From positions 310,001 through 374,000 of the forward strand of contig CDRNVI010000053.1 in assembly GCA_977017575.1 (NCBI GenBank): 64,000 bases of DNA, in the 5' to 3' direction. The DNA comes from Paramoeba atlantica (taxonomy: Eukaryota > Protista > Discosea). The translations under genes were made by a program, and so were the position numbers. Positions 1 to 9,327 of the stretch are shown piece by piece; position 1 is the first letter of the stretch; every line of letters begins with the position of its first letter. Under the pieces are notes generated by a model. That model did no database searches. It saw only the letters and a program-made list of their open reading frames with translations, and was not told the origin of the DNA.

Positions 1-4
1 ATCT

Positions 5-1126
5 ATGTATGGTCTTGGAAAGGAGCTGTTTGCAAGTACCCGTGAGGTTGTACTAGACAATTTTCGATATTTTCTAGAAGAATGTGAACATCCTCAAGGC
101 ATACAGTTCTTTACAGAGGCAGACTCGATTTTTGGCGGTTTGCTCCCCGCCCTGACTGAAGCGGTTCAGGATGAAATCGGTCCCCTTGCCTTTATCGTGC
201 GCGGTTCGATTAGGCCTTCTGTCACAGAGGTGTCTTCACATAATATTGTCTCGGAGATTAACGAGAGAAGTCTCATGCAGACTGAAATCGCGCGGTGGAT
301 GAGTGCTGTTGAAATGAATAACTGCTCCACTCTGTATATGCCGATAGATCTCACAGCTTATGATGGGAAGATAGATGTGCTTCCCGGGTATACAAATCAC
401 ATGATTGACACTACCCTGTCCAATGAATGGTTCTTACCATCGCTACTTGCTATTCCCTATCAAGTTGCGATGGATTGTAATTTAGGCCGGGAGCGTGCGA
501 CCGTACTGACACCTGGCTTGCCGAGCCGCCGTGTTTCATGCTTTCACGAGGTCGCTCATCAGTTGCAGTATTCTTCCAGCACTCGTATTCTACATTTGGA
601 CATGGCTTTTCCTCATCCTCGTGATTTATCTCACATTCGCCATGGTTCGAGAAAGGCAGAAGACTTTTTTCATTATTCATCTTTCAACTGTAGACCTAAA
701 ACAGAGCAGACATACTCTCAATTGTGGTCAAGTAGGGGAATTGAAACATCTGTCATGGAAATAGAACATGTCCTGCGATCGCGGCAATATGCACAGACTT
801 ATAGTCCGAAACGAGCAATATACATTTCTGCACAACCCTATCCTTTGCATCCACTAACCCCTTCGAAGTTTTTGGGTCTCGAATCAAATGCAGATCTCTC
901 GTCCCTGAAGTTCAGTGAAGTTCCAGTTGCAGTCTGTGGCACAATGGGTTCCCAAACTGCTACATGGGTGAAAGAGTTGGCCGATGCTATCAATGGTTTG
1001 AGAAAAAACTCTTCTTTGCGGCGTAGCATCACTGGTCGAACGTACCCATATATGGAGCACGATGATTGGGTGGGATTGTTTGAGCACAGTGATGCGCTTA
1101 TTGATGACTACAGTTCTACACATTGA
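5..1126 (+). CDS. MSTO1: Misato/DML1 tubulin-like protein, C-terminal part (frame open to the window start)
   Basis: DNFRYFLEECEHPQGIQFFTEADSIFGG matches the recalled Misato motif (LRxFxEECDxLQGFQ..D...FGG); no in-frame stop upstream of base 5. Confidence 0.65.
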   Translation: MYGLGKELFASTREVVLDNFRYFLEECEHPQGIQFFTEADSIFGGLLPALTEAVQDEIGPLAFIVRGSIRPSVTEVSSHNIVSEINERSLMQTEIARWMSAVEMNNCSTLYMPIDLTAYDGKIDVLPGYTNHMIDTTLSNEWFLPSLLAIPYQVAMDCNLGRERATVLTPGLPSRRVSCFHEVAHQLQYSSSTRILHLDMAFPHPRDLSHIRHGSRKAEDFFHYSSFNCRPKTEQTYSQLWSSRGIETSVMEIEHVLRSRQYAQTYSPKRAIYISAQPYPLHPLTPSKFLGLESNADLSSLKFSEVPVAVCGTMGSQTATWVKELADAINGLRKNSSLRRSITGRTYPYMEHDDWVGLFEHSDALIDDYSSTH

Positions 1127-1379
1127 TAGATTTCACGTCATACGAATGTATCAAACTTGTACAAGCATAAAAAAATTACTGTTTTGCATAATACAACGTT
1201 ATCTTATTCACTAATGCACAAGCATGCGATCTAGGCAGCATAGAAATAGTACATTTAGACGTGCATCATAGAGTAAAAGACTATGATAAAATGATGAATC
1301 TTTTTGTGTGTTTTATACTCAAATTCGTAGATTTTAGAATAGTTGAGGGTTTTCAAGCTTACGTTATTTTGGGTATGGA

Positions 1380-4300
1380 ATGAGTCGGAGCATTGCCCTG
1401 AACCTTGGGACACTAGGTGTCTGCTTGATTAGTCATCTGTTATCATGTGGTGTGTCTTGCGCGGAAAATTATAAAAATATCTTTGAAACACTAGAGGGCT
1501 TCCATACGACGCACGAAACTTTGGATTCCACGCACGAATTCTTACATTCCGATGCAGCAACGGGTCGTCATACTTCATTGCGATACAATGTCACGAAATG
1601 CGATTCGCAGCGTTATCATACCCTTGTTGACGTTGAACGACTCTATTGTCATCATTCAGGACACGCAGAAATTCAATTTAAAAGCCAGTCAAGTCTTTCA
1701 AATTTTCTAGAGCAAGTATCTCCGGGCACAGTTTTGATGTCTCATCACAGTCTGAAGTGTCAATCAAGTGGTGATCATGTCTTATTCCGTGTACAGAGTA
1801 TCGAGCTTCATCCAGAAAAGGAATGTCAAGTAGAGGTAATCGGGAACGAACTGCAGCCATTTGAGATCTTTCGGCACGCTGAAGTTGAGTTCGCCACCAA
1901 TATGGCACATGCGCCCCCAAGTTCACAGCGTAAAGTCGAAAGCAAGTGTGGAAATCGTGCAAATTGGTACATGCCTGAGTTCCTAAGCGCCAATCCAATC
2001 CACCCTAACAATGACGCGGGTTCTTTTGGACCCTCTCAAGTTATGCAGCACATGAGTCATCCCGTGAATGCAATGCAGAGTATTCTTCGTCGTAGCCACT
2101 CAGTTGGTATGAGTAAGCTGACTGAATCTAACCTTACCGACAGTGTGTTAGGCAATCTCACCAACGGTGAAGCAGATATCGATCAGCTGAGCTTTGCTGG
2201 ATCTTGGAAAGTACCTTTTCCCTCTGATGTACTCTATATTTTTGCGAGTACGCCTCGTATGTTGTGTAAGGAGTGCTCCATACAACTATCCCCTACGATT
2301 AGATTTCGACTGCACATAAGAGACTATCAACTCGTGGAGTTTACACTCATCATGGAGTCGGTTGTGTATTTTAGTGTGGTTCCGTACATTGACTTTGATG
2401 CTATGCAAAAGTCATTTGCAAAAGATCTTGCTAAAATAACGCTACCCAGTGTACTGTTCACGGTAGGTGGGGTTCCCGTTGAATTGCAACCAAACATTAA
2501 CTTGAGCACTTTTCTTGGGGTGCGTGCTAACGTAAAAGCTCGGGTAGGCTTCACGGTGGGTGTCTTTGGACATTTGAGAGGTGGGATTGCGTACGATCAG
2601 GTTAGCGGATTTCGATCTCCCTCCGCGGCCAAATTTGAAGCCGTACCACATGACTATGACTTTCGCATCGGGTCTCGCTGCCGGAGGTACGATGGTGCAC
2701 TCCTGCACGATATAGCTAATGTAGAAGAATGCGCTGCGTCGTGCGAACAGGATGCAAATTGTAAACACTTTCAGTTTGACCACACCGAACGGACTTGTGC
2801 GCTCAGTCGTGAGTGTGAGCTATTGTCCTCCCCTGATAGTGTGTTGTCGACGTTTTCATACTCACCTTGGGTTCGTCCCGATCCGCATCCAACGCTCTCT
2901 GCCATACTTTACCCAGCGATTATGCCTGAACTGAGCCTGGTCATTAATCGAATCGGTGGTCCCAACTTAGCACTTTGCGCTGGAACCAGTGTAACGGTAT
3001 TTGCCCTGAATACTACAACCTTGTGCTCAGTTACATCTGTAAACACCGAAATTGACTTTCTGATAGGAGGTAGTTTATACTTGCGCATCGGCGGACATAC
3101 GCTGATTAATCGAGAGGAGTATCTTAATCCAATATACACGGTGACCGTTCCGATACAAGGAGCTGTGAAGTATTGCTACGATGATATACGACGCTCTTTT
3201 CTGCCACCAAAGGCCTCACCTCCGGAAGTGCCGGAGCCCCCACCCATTTTCAAGGTCACGCAAACAAAGTTTCCATCCTCGGATAGCACTTGGAACAAAA
3301 TAATCGCATCTACTAAATTTTTTGGTAACGCTCTCATGTCGTTATTCTCAGTATTTGACCCTACTCAGAGGGCGGCAGAACAGCAGTCATTGAACTCTAC
3401 AGCGATTCAACCATACCTTATGAACTTTTCGAATCCGCAACTTGGTAGTTATCCAAAAGTTCTACAAAGTGAGTCAGTTAACCTCATGTCAAGTAGCAGC
3501 TTGTTGCCCGATCAATCACCAAAAAATGTTTATTCCGATCAAGCGTTTTTCAGCGAATTGAAGAGTTCTTTTCTGGTTGAAAAGGTCGAAGATGAATTTG
3601 AAATTATTACATCTGAACAGTGCGAACATCAGCTTCCTCGCATGTCTCAAGCTCTATCTTTAGGAGATTCGTGGATGGGTTTATGTGAGAGCTTTCCATA
3701 CCGTGTGGAAGTTCGTCTCATCTACATCGGTGGTAGTTCGAATCAATTTTCTTTTGTTGTTTCAGTGTTCGATGGGACAACAACGCAAACATCTAGATCT
3801 CGATATTCTTTCAAGGAACAAAAAGCTTCTGAGACCACCAAAGTCATCCTACGACGCCTATCCGACACAGAATCTCACAGCAATAGTTCCTACATTTTCT
3901 TTGGTAGTGAACTCTCGCTGCGAGTTGTCGAGAATGATATGTTGATTCTGGATCAGGCCCCGATAGTCTTGTCTGCCTGTTCGGATGTACTCATGCGGAA
4001 AACGGAAAGTTTGGACTACATGGAACAAGGGAGCGTCCTTCATTTAGGACAAACTTTAGATTCTGGTCTCACACGCCTTACATTGAGCAGCCGGGGACTT
4101 GCAATTGAAACAAACTACGACAAAAATGATCCACACCATTTGCAATACTGGGAACAGAACGAAGGAGGGATCCCATTAAACGACAACTCGTCCAATGCGC
4201 TTTGGTTTTACCCGAAAAATGTAACTAACCCTGACATAAATCGCCTATATTTTGACACTGAAGGTAAGGTGCGGCTCTTAAATTCGAAAGGGAAAACGCG

Positions 4301-5900
4301 ATATATTTTAAACCCTCCTTATGCATTGGGCGGACGATACTTGGTCTTGAATAATTGTTCTCTAGCGATTTATCGGGATTTGCCTTTCTTGAAACCATTA
4401 TGGGAGATTCGCGTAGCAGGGTGTCAGGAAAGTGGTCTAGTCAATGGCCATCGCGTATCTTTACGCCGATTGCCTCGTCAGAACACTAACATGCTGCACT
4501 TAGGTCAATGTGCATTTTCGAATTTGGATATCGAATCTCGGTCGCAGAATTCAGAGCAAGAGCCTTTAGATCTCAAAGATCTCGTTGCGCGCCCTTCTAC
4601 CGATCACATGGCTTTGTGCCTTCACCATGATGGCAATGTAGTTCTTACATCAAGAATGACCGGCGACATCCTATGGCAATCCAACACCAGTGGCGCTGGT
4701 GGAAATGTGCTCATGCGAAAAGAAAATTATATCGAGATTCATCACATCGACGAAGGTCCAGAGCGCAAATCAAGTCGCATTTGGTTATCTCATCATGTTT
4801 CTTGGATGTCTCATTTCCCTGGTTTAAGCATAAACACCGGTAACATCGCTTCAACCACAATGGCAAAGCCTATGATGCCCTTAATGTACACGCGATATCC
4901 TTTTCGTGATCGGTTTTGGATGTCAGTTGGCGATGCGCTCTACCCCGGGCAAACCATAATATCGTCTAGGACAATGTTAATCCATCAGTTGGATGGCAAT
5001 GTTGTACTTTACGAGAAAAAGACTCGTCGAAAACTATGGAGTACGAACAATGTTGCGGAAAATACTACTGCTTTCGCATTGCAAAACGACGGTACACTGG
5101 CTCTTTATGCAAGTACTGAGCAGAACTCTTCACGTGTGAGAAAACTTTTTGATGCTTTTCCTGTAGCAAATCGCAGAACTGGATTTCGGGTGAAGTGGTT
5201 AGTCCTAGAGGACGATTGCCGACTTTTGGCACGCGGACTGGATGCTGAAGGAAAAATTTCATCCCAGTATTTGAGCAATGAAACGTGTTCCAGTACCGAA
5301 GGCTTAACTCACAACAGTGCGGAAGCCTTTTTTCATCCGAATTTCGCAGCCAATCTTGATACCTCCGGTATTCTTGAATCCGACGAGTACCTGCATTACG
5401 GTGAGACCATGTTTTCCACAAAGACTTGTACTGCTCTTCAATTGCTTCCTAGTGGCACGGTGTACTACAGCTCTCTTGGTTTGAAGCGTAAAATACTGCT
5501 CAATTTCACATTTACTCTGCCAGGGGGGGTGCCTCCCATTGCCATTCAAGCGAATGAAAACTTAAAGAATCCTACGGATATTTTTGCAAAGAATAATGTA
5601 AAGCAATACGCCGGATCGGTAGAAACTAAGAACTCCACAACTAGGCGTTTGAATAGTATCAAATTAGGTAAAAGCTGTGTGTGGCTAATAGAGCAGCAGG
5701 ACCGCACACAAAGAGAATTGCCGCTTTGGCAAAATGCGAAGACATGCCCATCGTTCTCGGTAGATATTTTTAGCCCTCCTAAAAAACAAAGTGTGCCTTC
5801 ACAGAATCTTCTACCTCTTCCCATACAATGTGCACTTAAATCCTATAGAGTGGGTATCTTCCATGCAAATTCCACCTCTGTTACACCCGCGGGAACCTGA
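1380..5900 (+). CDS. Large secreted protein: signal peptide, beta-rich N-terminal region, PAN/apple domain, bulb-type (GNA) lectin-like repeats
   Basis: Hydrophobic N-terminus ending GVSCA; PAN pattern C..YDG...NVEECAASCEQDANCKHFQF....CAL (~2670-2830); QLDGNVVLY, HHDGNVVL and LQNDGTLALY B-lectin motifs (~4610-5110). Confidence 0.75.
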   Translation: MSRSIALNLGTLGVCLISHLLSCGVSCAENYKNIFETLEGFHTTHETLDSTHEFLHSDAATGRHTSLRYNVTKCDSQRYHTLVDVERLYCHHSGHAEIQFKSQSSLSNFLEQVSPGTVLMSHHSLKCQSSGDHVLFRVQSIELHPEKECQVEVIGNELQPFEIFRHAEVEFATNMAHAPPSSQRKVESKCGNRANWYMPEFLSANPIHPNNDAGSFGPSQVMQHMSHPVNAMQSILRRSHSVGMSKLTESNLTDSVLGNLTNGEADIDQLSFAGSWKVPFPSDVLYIFASTPRMLCKECSIQLSPTIRFRLHIRDYQLVEFTLIMESVVYFSVVPYIDFDAMQKSFAKDLAKITLPSVLFTVGGVPVELQPNINLSTFLGVRANVKARVGFTVGVFGHLRGGIAYDQVSGFRSPSAAKFEAVPHDYDFRIGSRCRRYDGALLHDIANVEECAASCEQDANCKHFQFDHTERTCALSRECELLSSPDSVLSTFSYSPWVRPDPHPTLSAILYPAIMPELSLVINRIGGPNLALCAGTSVTVFALNTTTLCSVTSVNTEIDFLIGGSLYLRIGGHTLINREEYLNPIYTVTVPIQGAVKYCYDDIRRSFLPPKASPPEVPEPPPIFKVTQTKFPSSDSTWNKIIASTKFFGNALMSLFSVFDPTQRAAEQQSLNSTAIQPYLMNFSNPQLGSYPKVLQSESVNLMSSSSLLPDQSPKNVYSDQAFFSELKSSFLVEKVEDEFEIITSEQCEHQLPRMSQALSLGDSWMGLCESFPYRVEVRLIYIGGSSNQFSFVVSVFDGTTTQTSRSRYSFKEQKASETTKVILRRLSDTESHSNSSYIFFGSELSLRVVENDMLILDQAPIVLSACSDVLMRKTESLDYMEQGSVLHLGQTLDSGLTRLTLSSRGLAIETNYDKNDPHHLQYWEQNEGGIPLNDNSSNALWFYPKNVTNPDINRLYFDTEGKVRLLNSKGKTRYILNPPYALGGRYLVLNNCSLAIYRDLPFLKPLWEIRVAGCQESGLVNGHRVSLRRLPRQNTNMLHLGQCAFSNLDIESRSQNSEQEPLDLKDLVARPSTDHMALCLHHDGNVVLTSRMTGDILWQSNTSGAGGNVLMRKENYIEIHHIDEGPERKSSRIWLSHHVSWMSHFPGLSINTGNIASTTMAKPMMPLMYTRYPFRDRFWMSVGDALYPGQTIISSRTMLIHQLDGNVVLYEKKTRRKLWSTNNVAENTTAFALQNDGTLALYASTEQNSSRVRKLFDAFPVANRRTGFRVKWLVLEDDCRLLARGLDAEGKISSQYLSNETCSSTEGLTHNSAEAFFHPNFAANLDTSGILESDEYLHYGETMFSTKTCTALQLLPSGTVYYSSLGLKRKILLNFTFTLPGGVPPIAIQANENLKNPTDIFAKNNVKQYAGSVETKNSTTRRLNSIKLGKSCVWLIEQQDRTQRELPLWQNAKTCPSFSVDIFSPPKKQSVPSQNLLPLPIQCALKSYRVGIFHANSTSVTPAGT

Positions 5901-6363
5901 CATAGAAATGTCCTTATGCATCAAGTTTTAGCTTACTAGATTTCATTCACTTTCGCGTCATATTGTCTTTCAGTTCCATCTTTCAGTTATTTACCCTTAG
6001 GTTATCTGGGCGTACTTTGACGTATAAAGTCTAAACATTCTACAGACGTATTTTATAAGTAACCCTTTAAGCGTGAAAATAATTTTTGGCTCGCAAACTA
6101 TTTTCCGCGAGATTCTTATTGTTTAAAGGGATTTCTAAATGATTGACGTTTTCTAATTGACCATTCGTTCAAGACTATATACATCATTATTACCTTTGCT
6201 GGCGATCTTTCATGATGTTTATTGTGTCGTAAATTTGTATTATAAACAGAACGATTCATGTTAATTGCTGTTTACCCTTTCAAAGCCCTTTTCATGCTGC
6301 ATTCTCGTGTGGCCGTGATGTCCTGTGTAATTAGGCGGGGTGGTTTACCCTTATCTCATTAGA

Positions 6364-7488
6364 ATGCGCACCGAAGATCTGGATGACGATGCGTGGGCTA
6401 CAACAAGTGATGAGAATTCTAGAGAATCGATTTTAGATGACGAACACTGCTTTTATCACTATAAAGACATATCAATTACTCAATGGGCAGAAAAATATCC
6501 AAATTTGACAGACGCATCAAGGAGTACACATCGTCGGGTGGGGGACATTCTGCTTAAAAGTGATAACGAATTAGCAAAGAATATATTTCAGAACATCGTT
6601 CGAGTAGCATCCTTTAAATTCGAAGATTTCGTTCTCATTCTTAATACCCTTTGGGCGATTTTACGTCTTTTCTCGACAGATTATACTATTTGGGCCTACA
6701 GGCGCTGTGTACTGAAAAGGTACATAAAGCATTTATCGAATGCTAACTCGCCAGGCTTCATCCGCACATTGCTTTGTGATGAGCTCGAAATGTCTAAACG
6801 AAGTGCGGAAAGAACGCCTAAAAACTTTCAGATATGGAACGATCGCAAGGAACTTATTCAGCTTTTTGAGCTCAAAGCATTAGTTAGCTGCAGCATGGAC
6901 ATAGAGTCGCTCATCCATGCAGAAAAAGTTTTGTGCACACAACTGCTCGAAATGGATCCGAAAAACTACCATGTATGGTCATACCGAAAATGGTGCGTAC
7001 AACAGTACGATTCGACTGCCGGTGAACTGGATTACACCACACGGCTCATACAGCAAGATGTGTTCAATAATTCGGCCTGGACGTATCGATATTTTTTGAT
7101 AACCTCTAATTTTAATATTTTATGTACCAACTTCAATAAAGAAATAGCAAGAGTAATCAGGAGTCTATGCGTTGCACCTGGGAATGAATCTTCTCTGTCA
7201 TACGCTTTGGGACTGTGCATGGATAGATCTCAAAGCACCTACAATATTGAAAAGTGTCGACATTTCTATGAATGCTTAAAAAATTTCTGGAAAGGTGAGA
7301 AAATCTGTCACATTCATGAAGAGTTCTTGAATATCGAAGTCAAAACTGAGACAGATCGTTCTAATGAAGCAATCCTTTGGATGCTTCATGATTTGGCAAA
7401 AATACTGAATCTTTCAGACAGCACTTCATATTACGCTCAGATGCTTTGCGTAGAAAACAGTTTACATGCATCATTTTGGCTACCCTAA
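6364..7488 (+). CDS. FNTA: Protein farnesyl/geranylgeranyltransferase type-1 alpha subunit
   Basis: PPTA repeats KNFQIWNDR, PKNYHVWSYRKW, DVFNNSAWTYRYF, APGNES; first in-frame ATG at 6364 (track starts at GTG 6340). Confidence 0.85.
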   Translation: MRTEDLDDDAWATTSDENSRESILDDEHCFYHYKDISITQWAEKYPNLTDASRSTHRRVGDILLKSDNELAKNIFQNIVRVASFKFEDFVLILNTLWAILRLFSTDYTIWAYRRCVLKRYIKHLSNANSPGFIRTLLCDELEMSKRSAERTPKNFQIWNDRKELIQLFELKALVSCSMDIESLIHAEKVLCTQLLEMDPKNYHVWSYRKWCVQQYDSTAGELDYTTRLIQQDVFNNSAWTYRYFLITSNFNILCTNFNKEIARVIRSLCVAPGNESSLSYALGLCMDRSQSTYNIEKCRHFYECLKNFWKGEKICHIHEEFLNIEVKTETDRSNEAILWMLHDLAKILNLSDSTSYYAQMLCVENSLHASFWLP

Positions 7489-7519
7489 GAAAAACCGAAT
7501 GAAATAGTATGAAGAACCC

Positions 7520-8420
7520 TCTTCCTTTCCACCACTCCCCTATTTTCTTGCTCTCTCTACACCCCCACAAAAACAAAACATCACCCTCCCCCTACCCCAT
7601 ATACATGCCCCCTCCCCCCCATGTCTGACACCCCCCACCCCACCCTCCACCTCCTCTCCGGTACCGCCAACCCCGACCACGCGGTCTCCATCGCCCACGC
7701 CCTCTCCCTTCCCCCCCACCCCTGCCGCGTCTCCCGTTTCCCCAACGGTGAAATCGACATTGAGATTCTCACCGACCTCCACGGGGGGGACGCCTTTGTG
7801 GTCCAAAGCACCTGCGGCCCCGACCTCAATGCCGCGCTGATGGAGCTGCTGCTGCTGCACACCGCGAGGCTCTCCGGGGCGCGCCGGGTCACCGCGGTGG
7901 TCCCGTTTCTCGCCTACGCCCGACAGGACCGGCAGACGCGTCCCGGGGTGCCGATCTCCGCGAGTGCGGTCGCGCAGCTGATCCAGGCCATCGGGGTGGA
8001 TCGCCTCGTAACGGTGGATCTGCACTGCGGGCAAATCCAGGGGTTCTTTCGAAACCTCCCGGTGGATAACCTCTGTGTGGATGGACCGTTTGTGCGGTAC
8101 CTCAAAGGGCGGGGGTTCGACCCCGAGACCGCGGTGGTGGTGTCCCCGGATGCGGGAGGGGTGGAACGGGCGACCCGGGTCGCGAACCTGTTGTATGCCC
8201 GTCACGTGGTGACGATTTTAAAAAGGCGCACGGAGGCGAGTAAGGTGCACTCGATGCAGATGGTGGGGGAGGTGAGGGGGTACACGTGTTATGTGATTGA
8301 TGATATGGTGGATACGGGGTGTACGCTGGTGGGGGCGTCGAATTTGTTGCGCGCGAGGGGGGCGTGTGATGTCGTTGCGTGTGTGACGCATGGGATTTTC
8401 TCGGGGGATTGCTGTGAAAC
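7520..8420. other. GC-skew inversion island 1 (C-rich then G-rich)
   Basis: C-run dominated 7525-7830 including non-coding DNA; G-run dominated ~8100-8420. Confidence 0.85.
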
Positions 8421-8616
8421 GCTGGAAAGGTGTGAACCCTTGCGTGAGGTCGTTGTAACCGATAGCATACCCCAGCAGGAGCACCAAAAACGGTGTTCGA
8501 AATTAAAAGTTTTACCGTTGGGTCCATTACTCGCTGAAACTGTGCGCAGAATTAATTCAGAACAGTCAGTCGCAGATAGAACGGCGGTATTTAATCAACG
8601 GAATTCGCAATTGTAG
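7621..8616 (+). CDS. PRPS: Ribose-phosphate pyrophosphokinase
   Basis: FPNGEI, PFLAYARQDR, VDLHCGQIQGFF, VVVSPDAGGVERA, VIDDMVDTGCTL, THGIFSG. Confidence 0.97.
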   Translation: MSDTPHPTLHLLSGTANPDHAVSIAHALSLPPHPCRVSRFPNGEIDIEILTDLHGGDAFVVQSTCGPDLNAALMELLLLHTARLSGARRVTAVVPFLAYARQDRQTRPGVPISASAVAQLIQAIGVDRLVTVDLHCGQIQGFFRNLPVDNLCVDGPFVRYLKGRGFDPETAVVVSPDAGGVERATRVANLLYARHVVTILKRRTEASKVHSMQMVGEVRGYTCYVIDDMVDTGCTLVGASNLLRARGACDVVACVTHGIFSGDCCETLERCEPLREVVVTDSIPQQEHQKRCSKLKVLPLGPLLAETVRRINSEQSVADRTAVFNQRNSQL

Positions 8617-9327
8617 TTCTACTCTGATTGTATATGTAGGCCTCTTTCTTTCTGGTATCCTTGGGCCATTATCCATGGTTGCATTTCACAGGTTTTGCGA
8701 TGGGTACACACTCTTGTAAAAACAAGTTGGATCATGAAACTTTACTGGGCGTTGACGAAGCAGAATGGGGCATCAGAAAGTAACGTATTAGGTGTTGTAC
8801 CGGGCTAATCTCTAATCAGTGATCGGTTTTCGCAATATTAGGGATATTAACCCACAACGAAAAATGGGAGCCTTTCGCAGTTTTTCAGATTCATGTACTC
8901 ATGTATCTATTTCAGATTCAATACCTAAGAGACGGGCCATATTATGGATGAAACTTAAAATACGGCAATCTCAAAGCATCCCGAAATCAAAGTTTTAGAG
9001 TTTAACGCGCTTCTTGGTCGCACGTCATGTTTATACGAAGAAAATGAAAAATCTAGAATCCCGAACGTCGGAAAAACGCGAATTATAGAGGAATTATAGA
9101 AATATTTAGCATAACACTTCGTCCATTCTTTAATAATTTGGGTGACATTTATGCATGTACAGTATTCATTTTATTAATGTTCCTTGTCTCCCCATTTTTT
9201 ACTTTTTTTTTCGCACTACATTTCCCTCAATGAGAGTCAGAAATCTATGAGTCAGAATATAATTGAACCACATGCTGTTTATCTACAGAACGCCGAGAAT
9301 TAGGTGTTCCCACGAATCTCATTTTTG

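Noticed and set aside
8110-8130. GGTTCGA T-loop-like strings (also ~16906, ~52313)
   Set aside because: No cloverleaf or A box; two lie inside conserved CDS
7540-8527. Minus-strand and alternative-frame ORFs over the skew islands (also 25538-26050, 32146-32685, 35122-35727, 52091-52582)
   Set aside because: Shadows caused by stop-codon depletion in GC-rich skewed DNA; low-complexity translations opposite well-conserved genes
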